Below, piece by piece: positions 60,223-64,000 of a DNA stretch of 64,000 nucleotides. The notes beneath the pieces are model-generated. The model searched no databases. It was not told where the DNA came from and saw only the letters and a program-made list of their open reading frames with translations. Source of the DNA: an uncultured cyanobacterium (GTDB lineage Bacteria; Cyanobacteriota; Cyanobacteriia; PCC-9006; JAAUQQ01); the NCBI GenBank assembly GCA_963718615.1, contig OY970368.1, positions 3,264,001-3,328,000 of the forward strand, in the 5' to 3' direction. The first letter of the stretch is position 1. Every line of letters starts with the position of its first letter. The position numbers and the translations under genes were made by a program.

Positions 60223-60386
60223 CATTTGCTTTCGTTATGGTCGTCGCTACAATAGACACTGACGAAATTCGTAGCTACCCAGATTGTCTCGTCTAGAGTA
60301 GTTTGAGATAGCTGTTTCCTCCATTTGGTGGATCTCCGTAGCTTGAGCATTTCATACTTTAAAAGGGCATCGTAGACGATTGTAGG

Positions 60387-61436
60387 ATGATCGCTGTGCC
60401 AGACAATCTTGATAGCAGAAAACTAGTCCTCGGCCAAGTCTCTGAAAATGCAAGGGAATCTCAATCCCATACATCCGTTCAACAATGGCAGATCCGGCGT
60501 ACAGGTAAGATTGGTTTAACCGTTGCCGAAATTGAGCCAGCCACGGACTTCTACTGCCATGCCCTTGGGTTTGAACCGGTTTCAGACCAGAGGTTCGTTT
60601 TGCAGGTGGGCGATCGCAATCCTCAATCTCAATTCCATTGTAATATTCAGGTTCGTATCGTAACGCTTTGCTTGGGTGATGAATCCATCGATCTGATGCA
60701 TTATCCTGACCTAACAAGTCAACCCATTCCTACAGATTCTCAAAGCAACGATCTTTGGTTTCAACACTTTGCGATTGTTGTGCGGGATATGAATTTGGCC
60801 TATGCCCATCTCCAAAAATTGGCATTTGAACCCATCTCCTCCGGCCCCCAGAGATTCCCCGCCGAAAATAAAGCTTCCGCCCATATTCGAGCCTTTAAGT
60901 TTAAGGATCGCGATCGCCATAATCTAGAAGTGATAGAATTTCCACCAGACAAAGGAAAAGAGAAGTGGCATCGTCAAACGGACCGTTTGTTTTTGGGAAT
61001 TGACCATAGTGCGATCGCCGTCGCTCAAACGGAATCTAGCCTTAAATTCTATCGGGATTTATGGGGCCTACAGGTAGCAGGGAGCAGTTTTAATGACCAA
61101 ACCGTTCAGTCGTTGCTCGATCATTTGCCGAATGCCAAGGTTAATGTAACAACTCTAGAGGCGGACCAAGGCGGCATTGGAATTGAACTGCTTGACTATC
61201 TTGAACCGAGCTCGGGTCGGCCTTTTCCCCCCGATTGGACTCCCCATGACCTTGCACATATGCATGTCGAACTGTGGGTTAAAGACCTAGAGGAGGCGAA
61301 GCATATGCTCCAGCAACAGGATCTGGCTTGGACAGCCTTTGAGCTGCGCTCCTCTCAGAATTCGTTGGAATCCTATGGGGGAATTTGGGTAAAAGACCCC
61401 AATGGTCATACTATGCTGATACGGGCAAAGGCTTAA
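60387..61436 (+). CDS. VOC/glyoxalase family protein (two modules)
   Basis: FYCHALGF, FQHFAIVVRD, IDHSAIAV, IELLDY, KDPNGH. Confidence 0.85.
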   Translation: MIAVPDNLDSRKLVLGQVSENARESQSHTSVQQWQIRRTGKIGLTVAEIEPATDFYCHALGFEPVSDQRFVLQVGDRNPQSQFHCNIQVRIVTLCLGDESIDLMHYPDLTSQPIPTDSQSNDLWFQHFAIVVRDMNLAYAHLQKLAFEPISSGPQRFPAENKASAHIRAFKFKDRDRHNLEVIEFPPDKGKEKWHRQTDRLFLGIDHSAIAVAQTESSLKFYRDLWGLQVAGSSFNDQTVQSLLDHLPNAKVNVTTLEADQGGIGIELLDYLEPSSGRPFPPDWTPHDLAHMHVELWVKDLEEAKHMLQQQDLAWTAFELRSSQNSLESYGGIWVKDPNGHTMLIRAKA

Positions 61437-61477
61437 TTTTCAGTTGCCTAATTTTTAGTAGACCAGTTTGAGGATTT

Positions 61478-61963
61478 ATGACCAAGCCATCGCCGGTCGA
61501 TCGGCAGCGGGAACATCAAGCGAATGAACGGACGTTTTTGGCTTGGTTACGAACCTCCATTTCGCTGATTGGATTTGGGTTTGCGATCGCCCGCTTTGGC
61601 CTTTTTCTGCGACAAATTGGAGCAGTCGTGACTGGAGAACCTGGACCACTCCATCCGGTAGCCCATTCTGAAACCCTCGGTGTCTGTTTGGTGATCTTAG
61701 GGGTGATAGTTATTGTTCTCGCAGCCTGGCGATACAACCAGGTATTTTGGCAAATTGAGCAAGCTAATTTTCGACCCAATCGCTGGGCTGTTTGGCTGAT
61801 GACAGGCGTTGTCGCAATTTTGGGAATTGTCAGTCTGCCACTTTTGCTAGTACGAGCGACGCCGACGCTGCCCCGGTCTTCACCTGATGTTTTACCCAAT
61901 TCGTCGCAAAGATCTTCCTTGCTCTATGCAGCATTGAAACAGTTTCAAATTGGATTTTTCTAG
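61478..61963 (+). CDS. YidH/DUF202 membrane protein
   Basis: REHQANERTFLAWLRTS signature. Confidence 0.9.
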   Translation: MTKPSPVDRQREHQANERTFLAWLRTSISLIGFGFAIARFGLFLRQIGAVVTGEPGPLHPVAHSETLGVCLVILGVIVIVLAAWRYNQVFWQIEQANFRPNRWAVWLMTGVVAILGIVSLPLLLVRATPTLPRSSPDVLPNSSQRSSLLYAALKQFQIGFF

Positions 61964-61984
61964 AGCTGCTGGATTTAGAATTTT

Positions 61985-62704
61985 TTAGTTTTGGCTTTTT
62001 GCTCGGGATCGATGACGATTAAGGCGATGTAAACGCAATAGCGTAATGCAAACCAAAACCCATAAAAAACCAACGCTGTAGCCTGCTAAAATATCTGTAG
62101 GCCAATGAACGCCTAAATAAAGGCGGCTTATGCCAACGGCGATAATCAAAATACCTGCCGCGCTATAGAAGGCCCCGGCATATTGGGGCATATGGGTCGC
62201 GAGAAGATAGCCTAAAAACCCGTAGAGCACCATGGAGCCTAGGGCATGGCCACTGGGATAGCTAAAGGTTGTTTCCGAGATTAACTGTGGCCACAGTTGA
62301 GGTCGAGGCTTATTAAATGCTAATTTCAAGCCCGTATTCAAGATGCTTCCTCCCAAGCAGTTTAGGGCAAATATTTTGGCCTCTGTTTGATAATACCGCC
62401 ACCAAAGGATAGAAAAGACTAAAATTGTAAGGGGGACCACAGTACTAGGATTGCCAAGACGAGTAAAGCTGAGCATGACTCTATCTAGAACAGGATTCGC
62501 AAATTGGTGAATCCAGATCAGAATAGTTTTGTCAAAGTTGAACGCTTCCTGCTCTAGAACATTATCAGAGAGTTTTGCAAACAAAAAAATAGCGAGTAGA
62601 CACAAGCCTAGCCATGCTATCCCTAGGAAGGCTATCAGTGATTCGATTCGAGGATAAATCTTGGTTAGCCAAAATCGAATTAAAGAGTCGAAAAAAGCCC
62701 GCAT
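61985..62704 (-). CDS. PAP2 family phosphatase
   Basis: KxxxxKPRP, SYPSGH, SRLYLGVHWPTDILAG. Confidence 0.92.
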   Translation of the reverse strand: MRAFFDSLIRFWLTKIYPRIESLIAFLGIAWLGLCLLAIFLFAKLSDNVLEQEAFNFDKTILIWIHQFANPVLDRVMLSFTRLGNPSTVVPLTILVFSILWWRYYQTEAKIFALNCLGGSILNTGLKLAFNKPRPQLWPQLISETTFSYPSGHALGSMVLYGFLGYLLATHMPQYAGAFYSAAGILIIAVGISRLYLGVHWPTDILAGYSVGFLWVLVCITLLRLHRLNRHRSRAKSQN

Positions 62705-62714
62705 ATCGGTTTCT

Positions 62715-63257
62715 TTATTGTCTAAGAGAATTGTGAGCAGGAGCTCGATCAATTAACCGCACCTGATTCTGTTTAACAACTACAGTAATTAAAGGCAAAG
62801 GACGCTTGGCAGGTCCTTTTACAGCAATTCCCTGGTTATCAAACTGTGAACCATGGCAAGGACAGATAAAACGATTTTTATCGGTATCCCAATTCACCGT
62901 ACAACCTAAATGGGTACAGACTGGGCGAATCGCATATTCCGCTAGCTTGGGACCCTGGGTAATAATAAGATAGGCGGGCTGTTTCTTCGGTAACCCCTGG
63001 GAAAAGATGGGAATTCCAGGTTTTGCTGTGGTGAGAAGTTGCTGGGCCAAAAAGGGAGCATTATTGCGATCGCGAGCGGCCACCCCCGGCAGATAATCTT
63101 TGCAACGCGTGTTGAGCGGAGAAGCGCTGCACAGGGTCTCTAAATCGACCGCACGGCTTTGTCCGGCTAGAGGTCTTAGAAAACCTAGGGCGATCGAACC
63201 CAAAGCACCACCAATCCAGTACTTGAGAAATTGCCGTCGCTGCTGCTGTGGAGGCAT
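62715..63257 (-). CDS. Rieske [2Fe-2S] protein, PetC-like paralog
   Basis: Tat RRQFLK, CTHLGC, CPCHGSQF, GPAKRPL. Confidence 0.9.
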   Translation of the reverse strand: MPPQQQRRQFLKYWIGGALGSIALGFLRPLAGQSRAVDLETLCSASPLNTRCKDYLPGVAARDRNNAPFLAQQLLTTAKPGIPIFSQGLPKKQPAYLIITQGPKLAEYAIRPVCTHLGCTVNWDTDKNRFICPCHGSQFDNQGIAVKGPAKRPLPLITVVVKQNQVRLIDRAPAHNSLRQ

Positions 63258-63553
63258 GGGAGGCTACCGGAATCTCCGGCCTAGAAAGAGAGGAAGAGGC
63301 CATAGAACGAACCATGGGGACTCCTATGGCTTTCAGCTTAACGCAGATTCTCAGGACTCCGCTTCCCCCTAGGGCTGCGCAACAGTTCTATCGTTTTCAC
63401 TGCCTAATCAGGATCCCATCAATACAGACCCTACCAGAGCTCAAAAGATATGAACGAATAATTTTTAGACCTCTGACAGACAAACAGTCAGGGAAGGAAA
63501 AATGCATTTTGCAGGATTTTCTTCTTTTCACTCTTTATTCTTCACACTGTCCC

Positions 63554-64000
63554 ATGACTTATTACGATCTTGGTCAAATTTCGAGTGAGATTACTTCGCG
63601 GGATGACTACTCTGTCACTCAAAGTGATCCCCAGGATGTTTTTGAGTTTGATCTGTTCAACTCTGGTCAGCAGATCAATCTGAACCTTCACGACATGAAT
63701 GGCGATGCTGATCTCTATCTATATTTTGACAGCAACAACAATGGTTTTTTAGATGGGAACGACACCCTTGTTGCTGCATCAATAAGAAGCGGAAGCCAGA
63801 ATGACGTCATTGACTATTCAACCACTTCTTCGGGAACTTATTTTGCACAAGTTGTCAACTTTAGTGGTGGTTCTATTCAGTACGATCTGGATTTTTCGGC
63901 AACCTATGATCTGGGAAGTTTGTCCAATAGTCCCGTGAGCCGAACTAGCTATCATCTCAATGCCACTGACCCCAAAGATGTCTTTGAATTTGATATTTCC
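63554..64000 (+). CDS. PPC (pre-peptidase C-terminal) repeat protein, truncated by the window edge
   Basis: Manual translation MTYYDLG...DPQDVFEFDL...GDADLYLYFDSNNNGFLD...GTYFAQV...YDL, then a second repeat YDLG...DPKDVFEFDIS; open to the window end. Confidence 0.8.
   Translation, partial: MTYYDLGQISSEITSRDDYSVTQSDPQDVFEFDLFNSGQQINLNLHDMNGDADLYLYFDSNNNGFLDGNDTLVAASIRSGSQNDVIDYSTTSSGTYFAQVVNFSGGSIQYDLDFSATYDLGSLSNSPVSRTSYHLNATDPKDVFEFDIS

Larger units (their letters stand above)
1..64000. repeat. HIP1 octamer GCGATCGC dispersed through the window
   Basis: Many copies, e.g. 1016, 11503, 12480, 14824, 17604, 40385; not counted exactly. Confidence 0.95.

Noticed and set aside
60352-60717. 121-aa minus-strand ORF
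   Set aside because: Antisense to the well-supported VOC gene.
1-64000. CRISPR array, tRNA, rRNA
   Set aside because: No regularly spaced repeat-spacer series and no recognisable structural RNA gene seen.

Overview
This is a cyanobacterial chromosome segment, shown by dense HIP1 GCGATCGC octamers, two Uma2 genes, Ycf55, a FurC/PerR-type regulator and pentapeptide repeats. Housekeeping genes (ylqF/rbgA, sbcD, wecB, rpe, lgt, cobM, ndk, mntAB) are mixed with a large Wzx/Wzy-type exopolysaccharide locus (about 20.9-36.7 kb and 39.2-41.4 kb). The most unusual region is 7.4-13.8 kb. There, a Pepco/Trypco-like small gene precedes a caspase + FGE-sulfatase (CLec-fold) gene whose 3' end looks like a diversity-generating retroelement (DGR) variable region, followed by a pyrimidine tract and a GGCGC-GAA-GCGCC hairpin. 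No reverse transcriptase or template repeat is in the window, so this would be a remote target. An orphan copy of the same ~70-bp downstream element lies 1.4 kb away. Two copies of one GTAG-type REP palindrome bracket the caspase module: one supplies the upstream gene's stop codon and the other is translated in frame in the interdomain linker. A RAYT (REP-associated HUH transposase) with a different REP sits 2 kb further on. Other points of interest are a PlsY + PEP-synthase/dikinase-like fusion running off the left edge, a solo antitoxin-like gene with an operator palindrome, a PilP-like lipoprotein, ManR-like boxes and many unrelated 11-15 bp tandem micro-duplications. All calls come from reading motifs by eye; no database search was run.
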